Origin: Octopus vulgaris
Lineage: Eukaryota
DNA length: 64,000 nucleotides
Assembly: GCA_951406725.2 (NCBI GenBank)
Contig: OX597817.1
Span: 25,916,001-25,980,000, forward strand
Direction: 5' to 3'
Part shown: in pieces, positions 1-11,536 of the stretch
Layout: every line of letters begins with the position of its first letter
How positions within the stretch are numbered: position 1 is the stretch's first letter
Made by a program: the position numbers and the translations under genes
Notes under the pieces: generated by a model
Seen by the model: the letters and a program-made list of their open reading frames with translations, nothing else
Databases searched by the model: none
Told to the model about the DNA's origin: nothing

Positions 1-26
1 ATAACTCTTTGTCTCTACTTTTGTAG

Positions 27-56
27 GGTCTTCCCTGTTGCTGTCACATATTGTGA
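27..56 (+). CDS. Candidate terminal coding exon of an upstream gene, ending in a CaaX box (phase 0: GLPCCCHIL*)
   Basis: Branch-like TAAC at 2-5, polypyrimidine tract and TAG acceptor at 24-26, then GGT CTT CCC TGT TGC TGT CAC ATA TTG TGA. Followed by about 2.6 kb of repeat-poor AT-rich UTR-like sequence with AATAAA hexamers (e.g. 236, 351). Phase cannot be confirmed because upstream exons are outside the window. Confidence 0.45.
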   Translation, partial: GLPCCCHIL

Positions 57-3000
57 GATTTTAAAATCATAGATGATTGATTATTTTGCAGGTCCTTCAA
101 CATTGATGATCAGAGAGAAGAAGGAACACTGTAAGCTGTTGTATATCAATGCATCAATTGCTCTATCTTTGGGTAAAAAACATGGTCTGAATGTTCACAT
201 CAAGGGCCTGGCAGTGTACAAAAATTTGTAAGAGAAATAAATGAAATTACTATACATTTTCTTGGTTAATATAAAATATATAGGTCTGTTTCGTTTTTTT
301 TCCGCCAAGTTCTAAAATGCAATATACTATTATAAGGATCTCTGCAGCAAAATAAACTTTAGTTGCTATTTAGCTCCAGGACAAACTTGACTGAGGAGAC
401 TTGAGATTAAAGTAATAACTATCCCATTTTTATTTCAGTGTATCTGGAACTACATTTTATCCATTCTTTGTTTGTGGTGGTGTGGTTTGATTTGAGGGAA
501 ATTTGGGTGTATTTTTTTTTCTTTTTTGGAGTAAGTACTCAAGTTGAAGTCCCTTTATTGGTTAATGTAGATTCAAGGGGAAAGATTTTGAGCTATACAT
601 TCTTACTGAAGAGAGTACACAATGAAATTGTTATGAAAAATATTTATCTGTAATTGTCACTGCTGCATTTGAAATATTAGACATGAGATAGTCATAGATT
701 AAAATTTGGCAAAATTAGAGGAACAGAGATAGCATTTTTCCATATGTGAAGGGAATTAGCCATTTAATAAGAGGTGTTGAGAAATATGGAAAATTTAAAA
801 TCCAATTATGGAGTACATGGTGTACACTCAGGCCAGTTCATAGTTGTTTGAACTTTAATAACAAAAGGATGTTGGTACGCATAATAATTGCATGTATGAA
901 GTAATGTAGAGAGAGAGAGAGAGAGAGAGTACTAAAAAATGAGTAATGCTTTTATATGGGAAATGAAACTGAAGATAAAGTAGGTGAATGTAGAAACCTT
1001 TTTATTAAGTAGAACTTCATACTGGGCAATGTAGGTTGAGCAACGAAAGACAGATTTTTTTTGTGATAACGAAATCAACTATGTTCTATATATTATACCA
1101 AATTTTGAAATCAAGTAAATATATATAAATCAAGTAACTATATATATATATATATATAAACAAGTATTTTGTTTTGTTGTTTTTTTTTCCATTGTGTGTG
1201 TGTGTGTGTATTTGTATTTTGCTGGGTTTTATTTTCTTCAAAATGTAAATTAGTATTATTAACATCTAAACAGTGAAAGAATTATTTGTCATCACTGAAC
1301 ACATTGCTTTATGACACGGAATAAATAAATAAGTAAAGATGGAAAAAATAAAATAAAAATCATTTGTTATGAAAATATTTTGCTAGACTAATCTATATAG
1401 ATATTTTTTCAATAAGGAATTTAACTGATGCTATTCCACTAGGATTTGTTTTCTATCAGAAACTAAAAATGTAATTTCTGGAATTTGAAAGCGGGAATTT
1501 GATGAAATAATTAATCCATTATGAGTGCAATTTCAAAGATGTACTAAACTCTAATAAATCAGCAACATAGAGAATAAATTGCGGGAGAATTACCAATTTT
1601 TGCCTGTTTGAGGTTCTTTTTTTTTATTATTAATATTGTTATTTTCTGTCAGTCTGAAGCAGTCACAGGGAGGAGAAGAAAGAAAGAACATATTTTATAA
1701 CAGCTAACTAGTCAAAGTTTCCAAAAAGTTTGTCAATACAATTTCTGTATAATGATTTCAGGTTGAATGCCTTATATTCCATTCTTAACAGTGCAGCGAT
1801 GGAAAGGCTATTGATATAAATTTCTAATCTGTCTTATTGTCATATGTTTTGCTATTTGATAGGCACATTTCATTTTCTTTTTTTATTTTGTTTTTAAAGT
1901 TGTTTTTTTTTCTTGGTTTTTATCATTGGTTTCTTTTATATATACTTGGTCAGATTTAGCTGTTATCATTTATAAGAATACTATAGGGAAATACTCTTGA
2001 TTAGTATCCAAGAAAGAATAAAAGTACAAGAAAAAAAATGTTTCCTATAATGACTCACCAGTTGAAGTTAGGTAGATAAATGGCTGGTTTGAGAGATGCT
2101 ATATGGGGAAACTTCCAGTACTGCAATGGTATATTTTTCTTTGAGGTTTCGCTGTTTTGTGCAATAATATTATGTGAGAGTAAATAAATCACACAACTTG
2201 TATACTTGTATATTTCTTTACACTGGGTAGGGTTATATTTGTGTTATTTATTAAGCATTGCTATATAAAGATGTTCCAGCCTGTTAACATACACACCAAG
2301 TTTCAATAACATCATATTTGCAACGAAGTGACAAAATCTAATTTAGAATGTCAAATATTCACATTGACTTAAGTACTTTGTTGTTCTTTATTCTTGTATT
2401 TTTTACCTTGTACAGATACATAATAATGCTATGTAACCGAAGTATTTACATGGATGTATAATTACTCACTTGACAAAATGATTGCTGGAGTGATAGCCTG
2501 GTGTTGAACCTGATTAGTGATGTAGAAGTTTTTCAAAAGATGTATAAGAAAATAGACGAAGAATCTTGTAGCTGTGAATTTTCTGTACACTTTGTATGAA
2601 GGAGAATACTGACAGAAAGACGTTAAATATCAGCACTATATTGAACATATTTACAGTTAATATTCTACTCATTAGTAAATTCTAATATATCATAAATATT
2701 GGTCCTGTTATTTAATACCGGGACAGTCCTAGTCAAGCAGACCTATATTGAAAGCATATTCCACCAGCAACCCTTCCATCTTTCTAACATTACATTTTCC
2801 AATGTGGTCTTTCTCTTTCCAAGAAGCTAGAAATTGATATGATGATATTTTGCTAATGCATTTAGCAAGTTTAGCAAGCTTAAGATTTTCCCATCAGTAT
2901 ATTCTGACTACCAACTGCAATTTTGAATATAAGTATTTGATTCCAGATAAGTATTTTCACTAATTACAGAGATGTACTTGCATAGCAAGTGACCTGATCT

Positions 3001-3104
3001 GAGATCGTGTGCTGGAACGAAAACAATTACAGCGTGGAAGGTGTTTATAAACCATTTAAGAAACACACAAAAACTGTTAGATTCACTTCAACATTTAAAT
3101 TTAA

Positions 3105-3155
3105 TTTGTCAAAATATTTTCGTCGCTTTGAGACCGCGACCTGTTCACTGACAAA
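3105..3155 (-). ncRNA. Minimal type I hammerhead-like motif, G3-C8 core variant
   Basis: Minus strand: TTTGTCA-GTGAACA-G-GTCGC-ggtctcaaa-GCGAC-GAAA-ATAT-TT-TGACAAA. 7-bp stem I, 5-bp stem II, palindromic stem III (AATATT). Confidence 0.65.
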
Positions 3156-3189
3156 GCTTCATGCTGCATCTTGTGCTGCCTCGCAAAGT

Positions 3190-3240
3190 TTTGTCAGTGA
3201 ACAGGTCACGCTCTCAAAGTGACGAAAATATTTTGACAAA
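3190..3240 (+). ncRNA. Minimal type I hammerhead-like motif, G3-C8 core variant
   Basis: TTTGTCA-GTGAACA-G-GTCAC-gctctcaaa-GTGAC-GAAA-ATAT-TT-TGACAAA. Stem II differs from the left-arm copy by two compensating changes. Confidence 0.65.
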
Positions 3241-3400
3241 TTAAATTTAAATGTTGAAGTGAATCTAACAGTTTTTGTGTGTTTCTTAAATGGCTTATAA
3301 ACACCTTCCATGCTGCAATTATTTTGGTAGAATATTTAGAAAAATGCTTAGAAAACATTGTTACATTGAAAATTTTGTTACTATACACACACACTCACAG

Positions 3401-3431
<31 letters not shown>

Positions 3432-3469
3432 CATACACATACATATATATATATATGTATATATGCATG

Positions 3470-3520
<51 letters not shown>

Positions 3521-3732
3521 GAGAGAGAGAAAATGGATTAAGTAACATTCTTTATCTAGAAATCACTACCATTTCTTCACCATAATTTTACATTTATATC
3601 ATATTGGTGAGTTGATATAATAATTAACGTGTAGTGTAATCAGTATCATTCATCCAAGGTGTAAGATGTTCTTCATAAAGTGATTGATTTAAGAAAATCC
3701 TCCATTAGCTTATACTGCCATTACATGCAGAA

Positions 3733-3782
<50 letters not shown>

Positions 3783-6700
3783 CGATGTAAAGAAGAGAAT
3801 AAAGAAAATTCTTTAACACTTCTTAATGAAATGTTGCAATTGTTTCCATACAATCTTTATTTGCCACATCAGTTTAAAGAAAAATTCTAAATGAAAATTC
3901 ACAAAACGTTTGTGGCTTTAGACATTAAAGAGGCACTTTATCAGACTTGCTTCAAAGGTGTGTTGTCATATTGTGCACTTCAGAAGGTCTGAAAGATTTT
4001 TGTGTAAACTGGCATTGGAAAAGAGATGGTACACAAGCAATTGTAATTAAAGATGTGTTAAATAATTTTCTTTGTCTTCTTTTCATTGGATTATTTACTC
4101 TTCACCAAACCCATTTTATGGTATAATCATTATGAAACTTGGATTTTCTACACTTCAATTATTCCACCATTGACCAAGAACCGGACAGTGTTGATAGCCT
4201 AGTATTAAGACCAAGTGCTTCCATGGAAATACCTTAACTTCACACCTCATCTGACCTTATACATGCATATATATGTATATGTATGCATGTATATATCTAT
4301 CTATCTATCTATCTGGAGACAAACAAGAATTTTTTCTATTTATAGATAGAGGAAGGGGTAGTACAAATGTCAAAGCCATAAATCCAGCCCCATTATGAGG
4401 AATTCATCTTAGGCATATTTAAATGTATTTTAGCTAAAAAAAACCCTCCCCATTGATAAATCAAAATAACAAAGTGAACTCAGAGATAAAATATCTACAG
4501 ATGGAGAAGGACCTTCTACTACCATATTCTTAATGATGAAATTAACCTCTCTGTCTATATATCTACCCTCTTTGTAATGTTGGCAAATGAAATAAGTATA
4601 AAAATGTATATTGTCTATTCAATTAAAAAATTCTATATCTGGCTGAAGATTGCTCTACATTTTAAAACTGATGTAATACTTACACTGTTTAATAAAATGA
4701 AGTAGCATGAAACGATTGTACTACACTACCTTGGATATCCTTGCTGCTTATTTTGATTATAATCACCCCATTTGATTTATATGGATAATACCATACCAAA
4801 TTCTGGTGCCTTTAACTTAAGTACCATATTCATCTGTATATATATATATATATATATATGCATGCATGTGCATGTGTGCATGCATGTGGGTGAGTGAATT
4901 CGTATTTCTCCTTGTCTTTACATGTGTTCCCTGACAGTAAACGATTCCCTTGCTGATGGTGTTGGATGGTTTTATTTTTGTCTGGTTCCCTGTATAACCA
5001 TGCCTGGCCTACCTTGAGTATTACTTCACCAGGAAATAGGAGTAGGTGCCAGGCAGGACCACATAATCTTATTTCATGCATGCAAATATGAGAAATGATG
5101 ATGATGATGAGAATATATTTTTATTAGTTCACTCATAAGACAATACTTGTGACACTTCCCCAGCCTCTAAGATTTTTAGGTAGAAATTATTTTCAAGCTT
5201 TAAGTCTGTCCCAAATGATCCTAGCATTAAGGAAGGGTGACCAAGGAAACTATTGATGATGTTCTCCGAGATGATGGATTTAATTTTTGATCTAAGAACA
5301 GAAATCATCGCATGGATAAACTTCCATACAGTTGCCATCCACCAAATTATGATAGACCTAAAACTATGGTAAAAGATTCTTGCCCAAAGTACCATGCTGT
5401 GAAATAGAACTTGTTAGACTACATCATCCAATGCATACTTCGCATTTTATGAAGACAAGAGGGTGTGATTTGATTGTTATTTCTTGTAGGCCAAGTAACT
5501 GCATAGATATACTCTCATTGACAAAACTTGCTCAGTCAGGTGTGAACAGTCATTGTAATAAATATGGTTTATTGAGTTGTTTTACTTTTGCTGTTAGTGT
5601 TTTGTTTGTTTTCTAAAATCATTTTTTAACTACATCATCAAGTTGATTCTTCTCCAGTTCAGTGATGGAGGAGCTGGTTAACATTAGAGTTTCCAAAATA
5701 AATTTATTCACCTATATCAGTATTAACTAGACATATATTGCTACTTAATTTTGGATCATTAGACATAGAGAACAGTTCCTACAGTAAATCTATTCTTATT
5801 TTAGAAATGAATTCTATCTATTAATAATTGTTTTTTTTTTTTGTTACAAAAAGTCACATAAAACAGAATGCCATACGATAAAAAAAAAACTATCATCATC
5901 ATCATCATTATAATAACAAGCATTGGCTGTATTACCATTGCCACTACCACTTCCGTCTCTCCTGCCACATATACCACCATCACTACTTACATTACTATCA
6001 CCAATGCCACTGCCATGTACACAATTACTACTGCCATCATTATCATCACGATTGGCATAACTTCTGCCACAATCAATATCACAACCACCATCAACTGTCA
6101 GCATCACTATCAAAAATACCACTACCGCCACCAGCTATCCTAAAGCTATGATCAGTCCCATAAACACAGCGCCATCAACACACACCCCCCACCTACAAAA
6201 CAAGTCATCAGTACCATCAATGTCATCATGTTTACTGTTGTTTTTCATCTTTCTCTTATAATTTATTTCCATCCTTCGCTTGTTTTAAGTTGCTCAGTTT
6301 GACATAGGTTCAGCAGGTTAACCTTATAACCACCTTCCATTAATTAAAATAAAATAAAAATTTGTTAATGTGAAACCCAAGCAGCTCTTTTAATTTATTT
6401 ATTGTTGCTTTACTATTTCAAATTCATTATAATAAAATCAAAGTAAGAAGATTAAAACATCGTTTATTGACACAGAAGGAAATTAAAAGCTGTCATTATC
6501 ATCTACAAGCAATTGTTTTGTTTTATTGCATCTTTTTTCTCTCAAGCAGCGTTATTTGTTTATTACATAATTTACTATTTTTTTAACAGGTCATTAGAAC
6601 ACTTTTTCATTCCCTGGTTAACAAAGAAAATAATTATGTATGTATATATGCTTTATTAGCACAAATTGTTCATCAAGGAAACAAAGACAGCAAAAAGCAA

Positions 6701-7511
6701 AGAAATTATCTTCAAACAAGAGCCACGTAACAAAGATATTATTTCCTGTAATTTGTAAAGTGTGAATAGAGAATTTATCAAATCCCTTCATGTATAATTT
6801 CTCAGACAAATTGATATTATTGTATTACAGGCAAACAGTTGGAACAAAACTCTAACAGACATTTTCGCTGGTGTGAAATATTGTATAAGTGAACATAATT
6901 TAGTGTACTGTGAAATAAGTTTGATAATTAAACAAATAAGATAAGGAGAGAAAATATGAGCTTAGCAACCAGAAAATTATAATTTTCATACTTATTGGAC
7001 ATTATCAGGTCTAACGCAACTAAAGTCTACTACTGACTAAGTATATATAAATTCTGATAGACTTCTTAATTTTAGATTATACCACGCAGGCTTTGACATA
7101 ATCCATTTTGTATGAGTAATCACACTTGTCTGACTGTGAAGATTCTTAAGGGTTAACACCCAAGTTAATATGCTCTCACATTGAAGTGAATATACTTTAA
7201 ATACAATACAGGGTTGATTTATTTCGAAGCAGCCAAGGTTAATTATACATCACACTATTATGATATAATCCATTGTGTGTGTGTGAACACAGTGCAACTA
7301 ACTGTGAAAATTCAGACAGAATTTTGTCGAAAGTAAGATGTTAAGAACATCCAGTTTGCTAACAAGACTCAAATGAAATTTAAAAAGAAACAACACATTA
7401 CATGTTGCTCCTGAATAGCTGTAGTCCAGTGACCAAAGCAAGTCCAGTGATTGAAGCATCATCATCGTCATCATCACCATATAATGCCTGTTGTCCATGC
7501 TGGTATGGGTT

Positions 7512-7823
7512 GGCACGTAAAAGGCACCATCCGTACGTAGTCAATGCCAGCACTACCATGACTGGCTTCCGTGCCGGTGGCACGTAAAAAGCACCAACTG
7601 ATTGTGGCCATTGCCAGCCTCCCCTGGCACCTGTGCTGGTGGCACGTAAAAAGCACCCACTAAACTCACGGAGTGGTTGGCGTTAGGAAGGGCTTCCAGC
7701 TGTAGAAACACAGCCAGATCAGACTGGAGCCTGGTGCAGCCTCCTGGATTCCCAGACCCCGGTCGAACTGTCCAACCTATGCTAGCATGGAAAACGGACG
7801 TTAAACGATGATGATGATGATGA
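7512..7823 (+). mobile_element. SINE-like family C (iterated GGTGGCACGTAAAAAGCACC motif, (GAT)n tail; probably RTE-mobilised)
   Basis: Three motif copies, GGTTGGCGTTAGGAAGGGC body, AAACGGACGTTAAAC(GAT)n tail. An inverted tail fragment abuts at about 7457-7512. Confidence 0.85.
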
Positions 7824-8040
7824 TAGGGTATGAGAGGTATTGATGTCAAGAAGACCCGAAAGGTCTCTGGTAATGCCAAGTAAGTGCTTCAGATAGACCA
7901 TAGTTAAGCTCCTGGTTCAATAATGAAAAGAGTGAGGAGTCCAATGTGGGTCATGTATTAGCATGCATATATATAAATTAACAGAATGAGATAAAAAATC
8001 CAAGGCTGTAAATAGTTTTCAGAACAGTTATAAAGAAAAA

Positions 8041-8088
8041 GTCTTACAGCTGTTTCGGGGATATTTTACATATCCCTTCATCAGAGAC
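8041..8088 (-). ncRNA. Minimal type I hammerhead ribozyme motif, canonical core
   Basis: Minus strand: GTCT-CTGATGA-A-GGGATAT-gtaaa-ATATCCC-C-GAAA-CAGCT-GTA-AGAC. Palindromic stem III ACAGCTGT, GUA triplet, stem I GTCT/AGAC. Confidence 0.8.
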
Positions 8089-8647
8089 GGTGTGAGAAAA
8101 TGTTTGAGTATTAATTATTGTAGAGAAGATATGAAATACAGAGGGAAGTAAGAGAATGAAAGTAGAATTGAGATACATAAAGGATATTGTATTTGTAGTT
8201 CCATTATTCAAGAAGAATGGTGTATACAAGAGGTGAAGAAGTTTCTTGTATCTGGTGTGTGAGTTCCAATGGTAGTTATATTTGGTCATTCCAAGCATAG
8301 AGCCTTGTAAACAGTGTTACTCAGTCGAGGGTTTTTTTTGGTGTGAATTGAAATTTTGGAATGTGTTGGTAATATTAATGGAGAGATAGAAGGAGGAGAG
8401 ATGTGTATGATTAGAAAGAGGGGATAAGTCAAATTAGAAATAAGAAGAGAGAATGGGAGGAAAAAAGAGAAAATGAAAAAGGGAGGGAAACAAAAAAGAA
8501 ATGAAGAGGGAACGAAATGAGAGAGGGTGGGTTAGCTAGTGGTCAGGATAAAGTGATAGGAGGAAGGGAGAGGTAAGGGGAAGAGAGAGGATGAGATGAG
8601 AGGATAAGGAGTAAAAGAGTATGAGGTATGTGAGTAAGGGTGGTGTT

Positions 8648-8923
8648 ATAGAGCTGCATTACCTTGGGGATGAATTTCACCAGCACTTCCTACATGCACA
8701 AATCCCCTAGTAAAATGGAATGCATTGATACTGTACTTATATCCATTTCATAAGCAATTTGGCATAGGAGTGGCTGTGTGGTAAGTAGCTTGCTTACGAA
8801 CCACACAGTTCCGGCTTCAGTCCCACTGCATGGCACCTTGGGTAAGTGTCTTCTACTATAGCCTCGGGCTGACCAAAGCCTTGTGAGTGGATTTGGTAGA
8901 TGGAAACTGAAAGAAGCCCATCC

Positions 8924-8993
<70 letters not shown>

Positions 8994-9609
8994 CGTGTGT
9001 GTATATGTTTGTGTGTCTGAGTTTGTTCCCCCCCAACAACTGATGCTGGTGTGTTTACGTCCCCATAACTTAGTGGTTCGCCAAAAGAGACTGATAGAAT
9101 AAGTACTAGGCTTACAAAGATTTGTTCGACTAAAGGTGGTGCAGTCAAATGAATGAAACAAGTAACAGAGAGAGTAATTTCCTGAATTATTTCTCAACAG
9201 TCTTCTATTACTATTTGCTTAACCTTTTTAAGTGACTCCTCATTTCCTCTTGTGAATAGCCCACCTGAGCTTGTCTCACTCTCCACTAAGGTGCAGTCAT
9301 GCTTGAAGCAGTTGTACCACTCCTTGATCTGAAATGTGCACATGGCATCACCACCAAAGGCCTGCTGGATATTCTGAATTGTTTGAGCTTGAACCTCACC
9401 AAGCTTTTGGAAAAATTTGATGTAATATCAAATGTGCTCTGCATACCTGTACTTTAGGTTTAATAACTGGGTGTTGATGTGTTCAACTGATGGAAAATTT
9501 TTGTGTATGTGCAGGAAAGGTGGTGCCACCTTCTACCCAAAGGATTTTCCCCATGCAGCATTAGATTTTGTGGGATAAAATAAAGTCGGATACCTTTTGA
9601 AACACCTCG
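8648..9609 (-). mobile_element. Decayed mariner transposon, 5' part (TIR plus HTH region), split by a SINE
   Basis: Terminus TA|CGAGGTGTTTCAAAAGG at 9611-9593. Translation IKFFQKLGEVQAQTIQNIQQAFGGDAMCTFQIKEWYNCFK...IQEI resumes past the SINE as IAYEMDISTVSMHSILLGDLCM*EVLVKFIPKV (KFVPK/WVPHEL-equivalent linker). In-frame stops. Confidence 0.85.
8761..9175 (+). mobile_element. tRNA-headed SINE family A with internal (TG)n, inserted in the mariner
   Basis: GGAGTGGCTGTGTGGTAAG A-box region, TTCAGTCCC B-box-like motif, shared body and GAAACAAGTAA tail. Confidence 0.9.
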
Positions 9610-9748
9610 TATGCATAAATATATACATATATGTATTTATTCTCATATATAGACAAACAGAGAGAGATAATTATTGGTGGAAATTGATATTTATTAGCAA
9701 ATTGATGTTTGTACTTCCAAGTGGATATTGCAAGTATCCTTTTTCATG

Positions 9749-9766
9749 TACACACACACAGACACA

Positions 9767-9819
<53 letters not shown>

Positions 9820-9929
9820 ACAGACACACACACACACACAGACACACACACACACACTCACACACACACACACATGCACGAACACACATGCACAAACACA
9901 CACAGACACACACACAGACACACGCACAG

Positions 9930-9982
<53 letters not shown>

Positions 9983-10117
9983 CACGAACACACATGCACA
10001 AACACACACAGACACACACACAGACACACGCACAGACATACACACACACTCACACACACACACACACACTCACACACACATACACATGCACGAACACACA
10101 TGCACAAACACACACAT
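9749..10117. repeat. Compound (CA)n microsatellite with an internal roughly 105-bp higher-order repeat
   Basis: ACATGCACGAACACACATGCACAAACAC occurs three times within the CA tract. Confidence 0.95.
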
Positions 10118-10561
10118 ATGCATATAAGTAAAAGGGAACAAGAAAGAGAGAAAGAAAGTGTGTGATCTATATTACTAATTAAAGAATTAATTAGTAAATT
10201 ACTTGTGATTTTATTTGAAATTTCCAATAATGATGTACATTTTGTAATATGTTGCTTAAAGTGGGCTGGGCCAGGAAATAGGATTCAGGAAGTTATCTAA
10301 TTGCAAATCATTTCAGCTCAAAATTGTAGAAAAATGTATTGATAATAAGTCAAATATTTACTTATTCCACCTTTGCTATAGAAATCTATATTTTTTCATG
10401 TTTTTTTTTGTCCATATGTCTTTTTCTTCGGTTTTAAAATGTTTTTGCATTTTAGTTTCTAACTGTATGTGTTTGTGTTTTCTCAACACAGTTTTGATGG
10501 AGTAATATTAGAAAGTGAACTTTTAAAAAAATATGTGCAGAGAGAAAAAAATATATACAAC

Positions 10562-10891
10562 ATCGCCTTACTGGTACTTGTGCTGGTGGCACATGAAAAA
10601 ACATTTGAACGAGGTCATTGCCAGTGCCACTGGACTGGCTCCTGTGCAGGTGGTACATAAAAAGCACCATTGATCATGGCCATTGCCAGTACCGCCTGAC
10701 TGGCCCTCGTGCCGGTGGCACGTAAAAGCACCCACTACACTCTTGGAGTGGTTGGCGTTAGGAAGGGCATCCAGCTGAAGAAACTCTGTCAGATCAGATT
10801 AGAGTCTGGTGCAGCCATCTGGTTCGTCAGACGTCAGTCAAATCGTCCAACCCATGCTAGCATGGAAAGCAGGTGTTAAACGATGATGATG
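10562..10891 (+). mobile_element. SINE-like family C
   Basis: Three iterated motifs, shared body, (GAT)n tail. Confidence 0.85.
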
Positions 10892-11304
10892 ACATTAAAA
10901 CTATCAAGCTTAATACATCGTTTCTGATATTTCAGTTACCATGAATTTTAGAACCTGGAAATATCATTTGCAATATTGTAAAGTGTTCCATGCTAGTCTT
11001 TCAAGTCTTTAAATATTAGCAGCATTGAAATATCCAATTATGGAATTGTTTTGGTGAGATGACCAGGTTTAATCTGGAAATTTAACAGGAACAAAATCAT
11101 TAATATGCTTGAAGCATAATGTAAAGAAAATACTATTTTGTTATTTATTTTCTTGTTAATAACCAAGTTTATTTTCTAGCCATCATTCTCTCTCACACTG
11201 TATTATCCTCTCACCTAAATCACAATGTTTCTATCATAACATTCTTTCTCTCTTTATCTACCTATTCTTGTTCTATTATTTCTCTCTTCACTATTCCATT
11301 TCTT

Positions 11305-11536
11305 ATGTTTTCATTGCCCACAAGGGGCTAAACACAGAGGGGACAAACAAGGACAGACTAAGGGATTAAGTCGATTACATTGACTCCAGTGCATAATTGG
11401 TACTTAATTTATCGAACCCAAAACGATGAAAGGCAAAGTCAACCTCGGCAGAATTTGAACTCAGAACATAAAGGCGAACAAAATACCGCTAAGCATTTCG
11501 CTCGGCGTGCTAACATTTCTGCCAGCTCACCACCTT
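11305..11536 (-). mobile_element. SINE family B (GGCGAGCTGGCAGAA head, CCTTTCATCCTTTCGGGGTCGAT central domain)
   Basis: Matches other copies in the window; flanked by TTCACTA(T/A)TCCATTTCTT direct repeats (TSD). Confidence 0.9.

Larger units (their letters stand above)
3020..3325. repeat. Long inverted repeat (foldback), about 135-bp arms, 34-nt spacer; probable non-autonomous PLE-derived element
   Basis: 3020-3155 is the reverse complement of 3190-3325 with few mismatches. Confidence 0.95.

Noticed and set aside
600-640. CTGAAGA...GAAA spacing resembling a hammerhead core
   Set aside because: No stem II and no convincing stem I.
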